Positions 16,386 to 25,375 of a stretch of 64,000 nucleotides of DNA are shown here, piece by piece; position 1 is the stretch's first letter, and each line of letters opens with the position of its first letter. The translations under genes and the position numbers were made by a program. The stretch spans positions 702 through 64,701 of the forward strand of contig JBAZWR010000001.1 in NCBI GenBank assembly GCA_041660325.1, written 5' to 3'. This DNA comes from Thermodesulfovibrionales bacterium (GTDB lineage: Bacteria > Nitrospirota > Thermodesulfovibrionia > Thermodesulfovibrionales > SM23-35). The notes under the pieces are model-generated. The model saw only the letters and a list, made by a program, of their open reading frames with translations, ran no database searches and was not told the DNA's origin.

Positions 16386-16690
16386 AAGTTCGTTTTTTAA
16401 TACCTGCACAATCTGAGGTTGACGATGCCGTTGCATGGTATGATTCCCAGTCATGCAGCCTCGGCACATAATTTTTGGATGATCTTGATCGTACAGTCAG
16501 AAGAATCGTGGCATATCCCCTTGCAAGCATAAAAATAGAAGAGGGTCTTCGGCGCTGTCTTTTATCAAGATTCCCATATGGCATAATCTACGGCATTGAT
16601 TCTGAAACTGTCATTGTAATCGCAGTTGCCCATCTGCACAGAGAGCCACGATATTGGATTGACAGATTGCTTGATTCTAAAACTAAATGA
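16382..16690 (+). pseudogene. ParE/RelE-family toxin inactivated by an in-frame TAA (16469-16471)
   Basis: The single frame reads MKVRFLIPAQSEVDDAVAWYDSQSCSLGT*FLDDLDRTVRRIVAYPLAS...LLSRFPYGIIYGIDSETVIVIAVAHLHREPRYW. Toxin homology is continuous across the stop codon. Confidence 0.8.
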
Positions 16691-16924
16691 AGAAAATAGT
16701 GCCTTTCTCAACCTTCAGCAATGCTGAAATCTTAAAGCAACATAAGGGCGCCTTTCTTTAGAGCATCGGGTCAATCTTCATTATTCACACAATTCATTTC
16801 TGAAAGAAATATGCAGAATTGACAAGTTACGCAAAAACGTTTACTTCTGTGAGAAAGCAAAAGAGCTATCCGGGAGTCTTCGTTAAAGCTTGAGAGAGAA
16901 ATACGGTAAAGGTTACAATAATTT

Positions 16925-17605
16925 ATGCGCTTAATACTTTTTGATATAGACGGAACATTGATTGATTCGGGCGGGGCGGGGGTCCGTTCGCTGGACCTCG
17001 CATTCAGGAAGGTCTTCTCGGTTCTCAATGCCTTTCAGGGTATAAGCATGGCGGGCAAGACGGACACTCAGATAATTAAAGAAGGCTTGATAAAACACGG
17101 GCTTTCAATGGACGATTTTGATGCGATTATTGAAGCCTATCTTTTGCATCTCCGGCAAGAGATACGGAATGACGGAAAACATACAAAACCCGGTATTTAT
17201 GAGATATTAAAGCAATTAAATCCCATGGAAGATATCGGATTAGGACTTCTCACGGGAAATCTTGAACAGGGCGCAAGGATAAAACTTGAGCCATTTGATC
17301 TCAATAAATATTTCCCTTCAGGGGCGTTTGGAAGCGACGATGAAGACAGGAACAAACTTTTGCCTTTTGCAGTAAACAGGTTTGAGAAAATTTTTAATAA
17401 AAGGATAGATATTGAAAAAAGCATCGTGATTGGCGATACCCCCCGCGATGTCGAGTGCGCCCATATCTACGGCGCCGTCTGTATCGGCGTGGCTACCGGC
17501 CCGTATTCCATTGACGAGCTGACAGAAGCAAAGGCGGATTATGTGGTAAAGGATTTGTCGGACCATATGGGCCTGCTTAGATCGCTCAACTTTTTGTTTT
17601 CCTGA
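16925..17605 (+). CDS. HAD-superfamily hydrolase (phosphoglycolate phosphatase-like)
   Basis: Motif I (LILFDIDGTLIDS), motif II (LLTGN) and motif IV (VIGDTPRDVECA) are present. Confidence 0.8.
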   Translation: MRLILFDIDGTLIDSGGAGVRSLDLAFRKVFSVLNAFQGISMAGKTDTQIIKEGLIKHGLSMDDFDAIIEAYLLHLRQEIRNDGKHTKPGIYEILKQLNPMEDIGLGLLTGNLEQGARIKLEPFDLNKYFPSGAFGSDDEDRNKLLPFAVNRFEKIFNKRIDIEKSIVIGDTPRDVECAHIYGAVCIGVATGPYSIDELTEAKADYVVKDLSDHMGLLRSLNFLFS

Positions 17606-17606
17606 A

Positions 17607-20276
17607 TTATCCCGACAGATTTTTCACCCGCTCCTTCAGTTCATTGACAAAGAATTGGTAGTTATCGGTACCCGCCGGTTTCTTCGACATATCTGCATTG
17701 TATGGAAATAGCGGTTTCCCAAAGGCTACTTTTATCTGCCTGAATTTGGGCCATGCTGCACTCCTCGGCAAGGCTTCAAATGAGCCTTCGATATATGCAG
17801 GGATGACGGGTATATTCAACTCTATGGCGAGTATGCCTACGCCTTTCTTGAACTCCATAAGTTTCCCGTCAAAGGACCTGCCTCCTTCAGGGAAAATCAG
17901 AAGCGATTTTCCGTTTCTTAATACATATGATGACATCTGCAGGGCTTTATTGAGATATTTTTCCTGGTCGATAGGTATAACGTTGGCAAGCCTTGCAAAG
18001 GATTTCCCGGCATTGCCGGTAAAATATTTCTGAATGCCCAGGGTATATAAGTCCCTGAATGTTTTTGACGGCATTCCCGAAACAACTGCAAAGGCGTCGA
18101 GATAGCTTGCATGGTTCGGTGTGATGATATACGGCCCTTGTTCCGGTATATTGTGAAGACCCTCGGTTTTCAGGCTGAAAAATATTTTTGAGACGATCTT
18201 TACTAATTGCAGCCCCATGAATATAATCAGCCGGTCAAATGAATTGTGATGAAACCCGACCTTTTTTCTGTCATTAAAAGGAGGTTCGGTTGTTAAAATG
18301 TCTTTCCAGGCCGGCATCTTATTAACAGATCTGATTCCGCCGGAGTCATATTCCTTAATCCTCACAATTAATTCTGCAACCGTCTGCGCCTCCGCAGTCA
18401 GGGTTTCAGGCAGTTTCATCGAGAAAACCTTTTCGAGCATAACGACAAGTTCGATCTTGGCCAATGAGTCGAGCCCGAGATCAAGCTCAAGATTATCCGT
18501 TGCCTGAATAGGAATTTTTTCTTTTAAAAGAGGCCGGATACATTCGGCTACTTTTCCACCTATTTCATCCTGTATCAGGCTTTGGTCTTCTCCCTTCTCT
18601 CTCTGCTCCTTATCCTTAGCCTGCAGCAGGTCTTTGACCATAAACCTCCGGATTTTTCCAAGCGGGGTCCTTGGCAGAGGTTCGGGATACAGAGTGTATC
18701 CTTTAAGCCTCATGTATGACGGCAGATGGGTGGAAGCATTATTTATCTCCCATTTCAGGGCTTCCTGTATATGGCTGATCTGCGCTGTTTTGGCATATTC
18801 CGTATCCGGAACGATAACCGCCTGAAGGGATTCGATCATTCCTTTCTCCTCGACTCCCATTACGCATATCTCTTTGATCAACGGTATTTTCAGATACTGT
18901 TTTTCGACCTCATCCGGATAGATATTCTTCCCCGAACTTAAAACGATCACCTCTTTTATCCTGCCGGTTATAAAGAGATAGCCGTCATTATCAATGTACC
19001 CGAGATCTCCGCTGTGGAACCATCCGTCTTTTAGAACATCGGATGTTGCTTCCGGGTTTTTGTAATATCCTTTCATCACCATCGGGCCTCTGATAATAAT
19101 CTCGCCTTCCCGCATAATACCCGTCTCTTTACCGCTTTCAGGGTCGATTATCTTTATCTCTGCCGATGGTAAAGGCTTCCCGACAGAAGCCGGTTTCCTC
19201 TTTTCAATCGGATTAAAGGCGACAACCGGAGACGTCTCTGTAAGGCCGTACCCTTCAAGTATTGTCAACCCAAGCGCCTCAAGGTCTTTCATAACCTGCG
19301 GGTCGAGCTTCGCGCCGCCGCAGGCGGAGAACCTGAACTTCTCGCCGAGGGATCTGTGGACTGATTTAAAAACAACCTTGCCGAGGTTTATGTCGAATTT
19401 TCTCCTCAGCGTTCCCGAGATATTCAATATCCTGAACATTATTTTCGGCAGCGGTCCGGGCAATCGGCTGATCTTGTTAAAAATACCGTTCCGTATCAAT
19501 TCAAGCAACTGAGGCACGCTGACAAGCATGGTCACGCCGAAATCTCTCATTGCAGCCATAAGGTCGGGACCTTTCAGGCTTTGAGGATAGGTGATGGCTG
19601 TTCCCAAAAAAACGGGAAGGATGCAATTGCCCAAAAAAGGATAGGTATGATGCAAAGGAAGCACTGAAATAACACTGTCATCATGCGAAAGGATCCCCGC
19701 CTCAATAAGCGAATCGGCGTCCGAACAGAAATTCTTATGGGTAAGCATAACCCCTTTTGGTTTGCCGGTCGTACCGGATGTATAGATGATAGATGCAAGG
19801 TCTTCCTCTGAAATATCCGGATATTTGCCTATATCGGGCGTCTGCAGGATTTTATTGAAGTCAGGTGAGTCAAAATTTATTTGAACAACTTGCGGCTTGC
19901 CGGGTTGTTTTAATGCTTTTTTGACATTTTCTTCCGTTTTAGAGCTGTGGAATATGACCTTTGCTTCGGAATCGTCAAGCAGGTTTTTTATTTCATTCGG
20001 ACCAAGCTGTACATCAATAGGTACGCCTATGCCGCCTGACATAGACAGCGCCAGATATGCCGTGCACCATTCGGGTCTGTTTTCGGAATGGACCGCAACC
20101 CTGTCGCCTTTTTGAATGCCGCTATTAATAAGATGGGATGCAATCGCTTTGGTATTGCTCAGAAGCTCATGGTACTTAATGCTTTTCCATTCCCGATCGA
20201 AATAGTTGAAGGCAATCTTGTCCTTATATTCCCCGGCGGATTTTAAAAATATTTCCGGAATAACTTTTTTAACCAT
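17607..20276 (-). CDS. Tri-domain fusion: acyl-AMP ligase (AMP-binding) - acyl carrier domain - PlsC-type lysophospholipid acyltransferase
   Basis: The domains are an AMP-binding motif (IIYTSGTTGKPKGVMLTH), a phosphopantetheine site (LDLGLDSLAKIELV) and acyltransferase motifs (NHASYLDA for H-x4-D, and FPEGGRS). Confidence 0.85.
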   Translation of the reverse strand: MVKKVIPEIFLKSAGEYKDKIAFNYFDREWKSIKYHELLSNTKAIASHLINSGIQKGDRVAVHSENRPEWCTAYLALSMSGGIGVPIDVQLGPNEIKNLLDDSEAKVIFHSSKTEENVKKALKQPGKPQVVQINFDSPDFNKILQTPDIGKYPDISEEDLASIIYTSGTTGKPKGVMLTHKNFCSDADSLIEAGILSHDDSVISVLPLHHTYPFLGNCILPVFLGTAITYPQSLKGPDLMAAMRDFGVTMLVSVPQLLELIRNGIFNKISRLPGPLPKIMFRILNISGTLRRKFDINLGKVVFKSVHRSLGEKFRFSACGGAKLDPQVMKDLEALGLTILEGYGLTETSPVVAFNPIEKRKPASVGKPLPSAEIKIIDPESGKETGIMREGEIIIRGPMVMKGYYKNPEATSDVLKDGWFHSGDLGYIDNDGYLFITGRIKEVIVLSSGKNIYPDEVEKQYLKIPLIKEICVMGVEEKGMIESLQAVIVPDTEYAKTAQISHIQEALKWEINNASTHLPSYMRLKGYTLYPEPLPRTPLGKIRRFMVKDLLQAKDKEQREKGEDQSLIQDEIGGKVAECIRPLLKEKIPIQATDNLELDLGLDSLAKIELVVMLEKVFSMKLPETLTAEAQTVAELIVRIKEYDSGGIRSVNKMPAWKDILTTEPPFNDRKKVGFHHNSFDRLIIFMGLQLVKIVSKIFFSLKTEGLHNIPEQGPYIITPNHASYLDAFAVVSGMPSKTFRDLYTLGIQKYFTGNAGKSFARLANVIPIDQEKYLNKALQMSSYVLRNGKSLLIFPEGGRSFDGKLMEFKKGVGILAIELNIPVIPAYIEGSFEALPRSAAWPKFRQIKVAFGKPLFPYNADMSKKPAGTDNYQFFVNELKERVKNLSG

Positions 20277-20282
20277 TATTCA

Positions 20283-21623
20283 TTATCCAAAAAAACCCTT
20301 GAAATAGCAATGGATTCGGAGACAACGGGGAGGGTGTTTAAATATGTCCTTCCGGATTCTGCTTATGCCCAATGCAGCAAAAATGCTGATATAAGGCATT
20401 ACAGGTATTTTGAATCGAGGGTACCCAACAAATCCCGGAATAAAAGCGAGATATAATATCAGAAAAAACATAGCGACGGTTATGAACCTGCCTGTTCCTA
20501 TGTTTAAAGACCCCCTTAAGGCGAAAACTATTCCGAATAATGAAAGTCCCATGATAAACGCATCTATCAGAAAGGCAAGCAACTTCACTATCGATACAGG
20601 ATATCCCGTCAGCTTTTCAAAATGCGGGGGATAGGGGCATAGTGTCCGGCCTATCCCTGCGGTATGAGACAACAAAACAAGGAGGATGTTTTCCTTTATA
20701 ATTAGTTTTCCTTCTTTTTTTAAGATTGCGAGCTTTTCAGTATCCTCATTTACTCCACTTGGAGATTCTATCTCCCATCCATGTTGCTTTTTTACCCTCT
20801 CCCAGAAATACATTTGGTATTTATACAATGGCTCGTTAATACTTGGCTGAATTATTGATAGAAGGTTATCTTTCATCATCAGAACAGTTGGAGCTTCAAA
20901 ACAAGACATATTTTTATCCTTAACCGTGGCTATCCCAAGGTATTCATACTGCTGATAGTTTCTGACATACCACGGGATGAGGACTATATAAAACGAAAAC
21001 AAGAATATCAAACAATTAATCAATCTGTCTCTCAACCGGGATCCACTCATAAAGACAAAAGCTGCCAAAAGCAATGGAAGATACAATGCTATCGGCCTGC
21101 AGAGAACCCCCACCCCGAGAAAAACAGACGATGCGATAAGATATCCTCTTTTTTTATGATTGAGGAAAAGGATAAAGCAATATACTGATACAATAAGAAT
21201 AAACGCAAAGAGCGTTTCAGAAAGAAGCATAAGGGAGTAAAAGACGGAAAACGGACTGACGGCATAAAAACCTCCTGCTACATATGCATATGATTTCTGT
21301 CCGGAAATCTTAAGAAAAATCAGGACGACAAAAATAGCAGTTAGACTGTCTATGAAAATCTGTGCCGCGATAACAGCTTGGGGGAAATGACCAAAAACTG
21401 CATAGACAAGGGCAATAAAGGACGGGTATACAGGTGTCCTGAAGACACTTGGGAAGGTATATGAACCAAGCAGGCTTTCAGCAAGTTTTATATATATGTC
21501 CGAATCAATATCAAAAAGCCTTTCAGGATGGTTATAGGCAAAAAGGAAAAAAGCCGTCCTTAACGTGATGGAAAATAAAAAGATAAGGCTCACATGTTTT
21601 GTTGATATAGAGCGCTCTTTCAT
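20283..21623 (-). CDS. Polytopic membrane glycosyltransferase, ArnT/GT39(GT83)-like
   Basis: This 446-aa ORF has about 10 or more hydrophobic segments. The N-terminal loop pattern is typical of lipid-linked-sugar transferases. The neighbouring Arn-like genes support the call. Confidence 0.5.
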   Translation of the reverse strand: MKERSISTKHVSLIFLFSITLRTAFFLFAYNHPERLFDIDSDIYIKLAESLLGSYTFPSVFRTPVYPSFIALVYAVFGHFPQAVIAAQIFIDSLTAIFVVLIFLKISGQKSYAYVAGGFYAVSPFSVFYSLMLLSETLFAFILIVSVYCFILFLNHKKRGYLIASSVFLGVGVLCRPIALYLPLLLAAFVFMSGSRLRDRLINCLIFLFSFYIVLIPWYVRNYQQYEYLGIATVKDKNMSCFEAPTVLMMKDNLLSIIQPSINEPLYKYQMYFWERVKKQHGWEIESPSGVNEDTEKLAILKKEGKLIIKENILLVLLSHTAGIGRTLCPYPPHFEKLTGYPVSIVKLLAFLIDAFIMGLSLFGIVFALRGSLNIGTGRFITVAMFFLILYLAFIPGFVGYPRFKIPVMPYISIFAALGISRIRKDIFKHPPRCLRIHCYFKGFFG

Positions 21624-21851
21624 TTACACAAAGTTCCGTTCAGCACTATCATGCTACCTCAATATTCTTTCAAATATCTATGATTATGTTCTTAATTGTA
21701 TGTGTGATTCAAAGTATGTTTATTAATTTAGTATTATATATTAATTGGATAGGATCGATATTTCGATTAAATATATAGATAGATATTTTATCTGATAAAA
21801 TTTTAGAATTAATATTTACATAATCTGCAGCCTTATGAGGGTTAAAAAAAC

Positions 21852-22979
21852 ATGAGAGTTCTAAGTTTAGGTTGTTCCGGCTTTATCGGTTCACATCTCA
21901 CAAGAAGGCTGCTGGCGGAAGGTCATTCCGTGAACGGCATAGATATATACGACGATAAAATAGAAGAATTCCTTAGTCACGACAATCTCAATTTTATCAA
22001 GTGTGATATTAGAAATCCCGGGTTTAATATGGATGAAATTATCTCGGATGCCGATGTCGTTATTGACCTTATAGCTTATGCAAATCCCGGACTTTATATA
22101 AAAATGCCTCTCGAAGTTTTCCGGCTTAATTTTACCGAGAACCTTAAGATCGCCGAAGCCTGTGTCCGTCAAAACAAACGGCTCATCCAGTTTTCGACTT
22201 GTGAAGTGTATGGCAAGACCGTGGTAAGCATACTGAAAGATGAATTGCGGAATCCTGAAGACCCGAAATATGCATTATTCTCGGAGGATAAAAGCGACTT
22301 TATCCTCGGGCCTCTGAAAAAGCACCGATGGATTTATGCATGCGCCAAGCAACTCCTGGAACGTGTTCTTCATGCTTACGGCATTGAACACGGCTTTAAC
22401 TATACTATTATTCGTCCTTTCAACTTCATAGGACCCAAGATTGATTATCTCCTGAACGAGACCGACGGCATACCGCGGGTATTTTCGTTCTTCATGGATT
22501 CACTCCTCGGCGGGAAGCCTATGCAATTAGTTGACGGCGGACGCCACCGAAGATGCTATACCTATATTGACGACGCCATTGAATGTATCTACCGTATAAT
22601 CATAAATCCTGAAGGCGTATGCAACCAACAGGTATTTAACATCGGCACCCCTGAAAACGAAGTAACTATCCGGCAACTGGCTGAACTAATGCGTGAAATA
22701 TATTGCGATAAATTCTCCGATAAAACAACCCCTTTGTCGGATATTATAGAGGTTCCTTCCTCAGAGTTCTACGGTGAAGGATATGAAGATTCCGACCGCA
22801 GGATACCCGACATTACAAAGGCCCGCACTCTGCTGGGCTGGGAGCCTCAATGGAAATTAAGACAATTGCTGGAAACCACCATGCATTACTATATTAACGA
22901 TTATATCGAGCATTACCGGAAACAGACGACGCATGCTCATTTTCACGACATTGTACAAAAGGCGTTAGAGATAACCTAA
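21852..22979 (+). CDS. NAD-dependent sugar-nucleotide dehydratase/decarboxylase, ArnA C-terminal-domain-like (UDP-glucuronate decarboxylase type)
   Basis: A Rossmann motif is present (GCSGFIGSHL). The block VVIDLIAYANPGLYIKMPLEVFRLNFTENLKIAEACVRQNKRLIQFSTCEVYGK parallels recalled ArnA sequence. The catalytic motif YACAK is present. Confidence 0.7.
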   Translation: MRVLSLGCSGFIGSHLTRRLLAEGHSVNGIDIYDDKIEEFLSHDNLNFIKCDIRNPGFNMDEIISDADVVIDLIAYANPGLYIKMPLEVFRLNFTENLKIAEACVRQNKRLIQFSTCEVYGKTVVSILKDELRNPEDPKYALFSEDKSDFILGPLKKHRWIYACAKQLLERVLHAYGIEHGFNYTIIRPFNFIGPKIDYLLNETDGIPRVFSFFMDSLLGGKPMQLVDGGRHRRCYTYIDDAIECIYRIIINPEGVCNQQVFNIGTPENEVTIRQLAELMREIYCDKFSDKTTPLSDIIEVPSSEFYGEGYEDSDRRIPDITKARTLLGWEPQWKLRQLLETTMHYYINDYIEHYRKQTTHAHFHDIVQKALEIT

Positions 22980-23056
22980 ATGTTGCATAAACGGCCCTGC
23001 CGTTTGTAATAAGTTTTTACAACTGGTGAGTTTCCTTTCATATTGTAAAGGCTTAA

Positions 23057-23794
23057 ATGGTTGACAAAATCTTTATCATAATGCCGGCTTACAATGCCGG
23101 GAAGACTATCGAACGAGTTTTTGCCAGGATACCCGACTATGCAAAAAAACGCGTCAGGCAATACGTTGTGGTAAATGACGGCAGCTCTGATGATACTGAA
23201 GAAGCTCTTAACCGTCTGGAGAAACAGTATCCGGACCTTGTAGTTCTGAAACATGAAAAAAACCGCGGGTATGGAGCTGCGGAAAAGACTCTCCTTAATT
23301 ATGCGGTAAAAGAAGGAGCCGAGGTTGCAATCCTCCTGCATTCGGACGGACAGTATTCCCCGGAAAAAATACCCGACCTTATTAAGCCTTTTGACAACAA
23401 TCAGGCCGATATTGTCCAAGGGTCAAGGATGATGGGAGGCGGCGCCTTAAAGGGCGGGATGCCTTTATATAAATTCGCGGCGAATAAAGCTTTGACCTTT
23501 ATTGAAAATCTTTCCTTTGGCATGAAAATGGCCGAGTTTCACAGCGGCTATATGATATATGCGCGGAAGGCGCTTCTTGAAATACCATTCAACAAGCTCT
23601 CCGACTCTTTTGATTTCGATCTTGAGATGCTTGTTATGGCAAAGATAAAGGGTCTGAGGATCGTCGAGGCGCCCGTCCCGACAATTTATGCCGATGAGAC
23701 TTCAAATCTTAATCCCGTTAAATACGGGTTTGACGTCCTTGCCGTAGTAAGGGATTATTTGGGAGGAAAATATCACAGGTTATTTGAGAAATAG
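23057..23794 (+). CDS. Family 2 glycosyltransferase (ArnC / polyprenyl-phosphate sugar synthase-like)
   Basis: The GT2 hallmarks are IIMPAYNAGKTIERV..., VVNDGSSDDT and LHSDGQY (DxD-like). Confidence 0.8.
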   Translation: MVDKIFIIMPAYNAGKTIERVFARIPDYAKKRVRQYVVVNDGSSDDTEEALNRLEKQYPDLVVLKHEKNRGYGAAEKTLLNYAVKEGAEVAILLHSDGQYSPEKIPDLIKPFDNNQADIVQGSRMMGGGALKGGMPLYKFAANKALTFIENLSFGMKMAEFHSGYMIYARKALLEIPFNKLSDSFDFDLEMLVMAKIKGLRIVEAPVPTIYADETSNLNPVKYGFDVLAVVRDYLGGKYHRLFEK

Positions 23795-23812
23795 AGGAGG
23801 GTATAATAAACC

Positions 23813-24715
23813 GTGAAAATACTTGTTTCCGGCGGAACTGGAGTTATGGGTTCACGGCTTGTAAAAGGCCTTGTCGAGGCAGGCCACAAGACGCGTATCC
23901 TTACTCTTCCGGATGATCCCTTTGTCTCGTGCCTGAAGGATGTGGATTGTGAAATTGTCTATGGCGACATATCCGACAAAGATTCTCTCAAGGGCATTTT
24001 CAATAATATTGATGTTGTCTATCATCTGGCAGCCATAATAATTGCCCACGAACCCTCTCTTTTTGAGAAAATTAATACTAACGGCACGAAGAACATGGTC
24101 GAAGGAGCGGCGTCTGCAGGTATGAAACATTTTATTTACATCTCTTCCGCTTCAGTCGTCTATCCCAATGCTACTGATTATTCTCTTTCCAAAAGAGAAT
24201 GCGAGAGAATTGTTCGGGAACAAAGTAAAATGCCTTACACCATCATCCGTCCTACCCTTGTTTATGATAGAAACGGCGGACAGGAATTTATGATGTTTAT
24301 GGATTATCTTATGAAATACCCCGTCGTTCCCTTTATCGGAACCGGGAAATCTTTGAAAAACCCTGTAGATGTTGACGACCTCATGAAAGGAATGCTTGCT
24401 ATTCCCGGCAACAAAAGAAGTTACGGGAAGATATATAATTTCAGCGGCGGCGAAGAAATAAGCATACTGGATTTAGGAAAGCTGATGCTGAAACATAAAG
24501 GGGAAATGAAGATCTTTATTCCGATACCTGTCTGGCTTTGTAAAAAAATTGCCGCCGTCATGAAAATCTTAATGAAGCGGCCCCCCCTCACATGGAATGT
24601 CATCGCCGGCATAACTCAGGATGGAAACCTCGACCATTCTTCCGCAACCCGCGATATTGGGTATAGTCCGATCGGTATACAAGAAGGCATGAAGAAATAT
24701 TTTTCGATAGATTAA
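23813..24715 (+). CDS. NAD-dependent epimerase/dehydratase (SDR)
   Basis: The start is GTG. A glycine motif is present (ILVSGGTGVMGSRL) with a YSLSK active-site region. Confidence 0.8.
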   Translation: MKILVSGGTGVMGSRLVKGLVEAGHKTRILTLPDDPFVSCLKDVDCEIVYGDISDKDSLKGIFNNIDVVYHLAAIIIAHEPSLFEKINTNGTKNMVEGAASAGMKHFIYISSASVVYPNATDYSLSKRECERIVREQSKMPYTIIRPTLVYDRNGGQEFMMFMDYLMKYPVVPFIGTGKSLKNPVDVDDLMKGMLAIPGNKRSYGKIYNFSGGEEISILDLGKLMLKHKGEMKIFIPIPVWLCKKIAAVMKILMKRPPLTWNVIAGITQDGNLDHSSATRDIGYSPIGIQEGMKKYFSID

Positions 24716-24800
24716 AGGATTCTCACACGTATTGAGCGGAAAAGGAATTGAGCAGAGGCTGACCGGCGTTTCTCAGGAAAAATATGGGATTTTCTGTAAC

Positions 24801-25367
24801 TCAGTAATCAATCCCCTTCTGCGGTTCAATCCCCTGCCGGAAGGCGTGTTTTATTTCTTTCATTTCCGTAACAATATGGGCTCGTTTGATTATTTCAGGA
24901 TGTGCTTCTCTACCGGTAAGGATTAAATGCATCAGCGGCGGCTTGACGTCTATTAATTCCATAATCTGCCGGAGGTCAACGAGTTTCAGTTTGACGGCAT
25001 TGTTGATTTCATCGAGGATCAGGATATCGAATTTTCCTGAAAGCAGCTTCTCCTTTGCAAGTTTTATCGCGGCCTGCGCATTGTCGCGATGTTCTTTAAA
25101 TGGATAAGGGTCACCCTTTATTCCGCAGAATCCCATGCCTGTAATATGGAACTCCACATTCGGGGCAAGTTTCCTGACGCCGTCAATCTCACCGGAGTAC
25201 ATGTCGCCCTTCATGAACTCTATGATGCAGACCTTCATGTCGTGTCCGGCAGCCCGGAGGACGATCCCCAAGGCAGCGGTAGTCTTCCCTTTGCCGTCAC
25301 CGGTCAGGACGATAATAAGGCCGGTTCTTTCTACGGGTTCTAATAAACGGAGCGTGGTCTCTTTCAA
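24801..25367 (-). CDS. cobO: Cob(I)yrinic acid a,c-diamide adenosyltransferase
   Basis: The sequence LIIVLTGDGKGKTTAALGIVLRAAGHDMKVCIIEFMKG...ILDEI is a CobA/CobO/BtuR signature. Confidence 0.85.
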   Translation of the reverse strand: MKETTLRLLEPVERTGLIIVLTGDGKGKTTAALGIVLRAAGHDMKVCIIEFMKGDMYSGEIDGVRKLAPNVEFHITGMGFCGIKGDPYPFKEHRDNAQAAIKLAKEKLLSGKFDILILDEINNAVKLKLVDLRQIMELIDVKPPLMHLILTGREAHPEIIKRAHIVTEMKEIKHAFRQGIEPQKGIDY

Positions 25368-25375
25368 TGTTATAT

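Noticed and set aside
16469-16471. The in-frame stop in the ParE/RelE toxin as possible programmed recoding, given that tRNA-Sec is in the window.
   Set aside because: The codon is TAA, not TGA. No SECIS-like hairpin follows it. Toxin inactivation by nonsense mutation is the simpler explanation.
8300-16920. Direct repeats flanking the island (CAGCAAT...AAATCT near 8313 and near 16719) as att sites.
   Set aside because: The similarity is only 7+6 nt with gaps, which is indistinguishable from chance by eye. No integrase or tRNA target is present.
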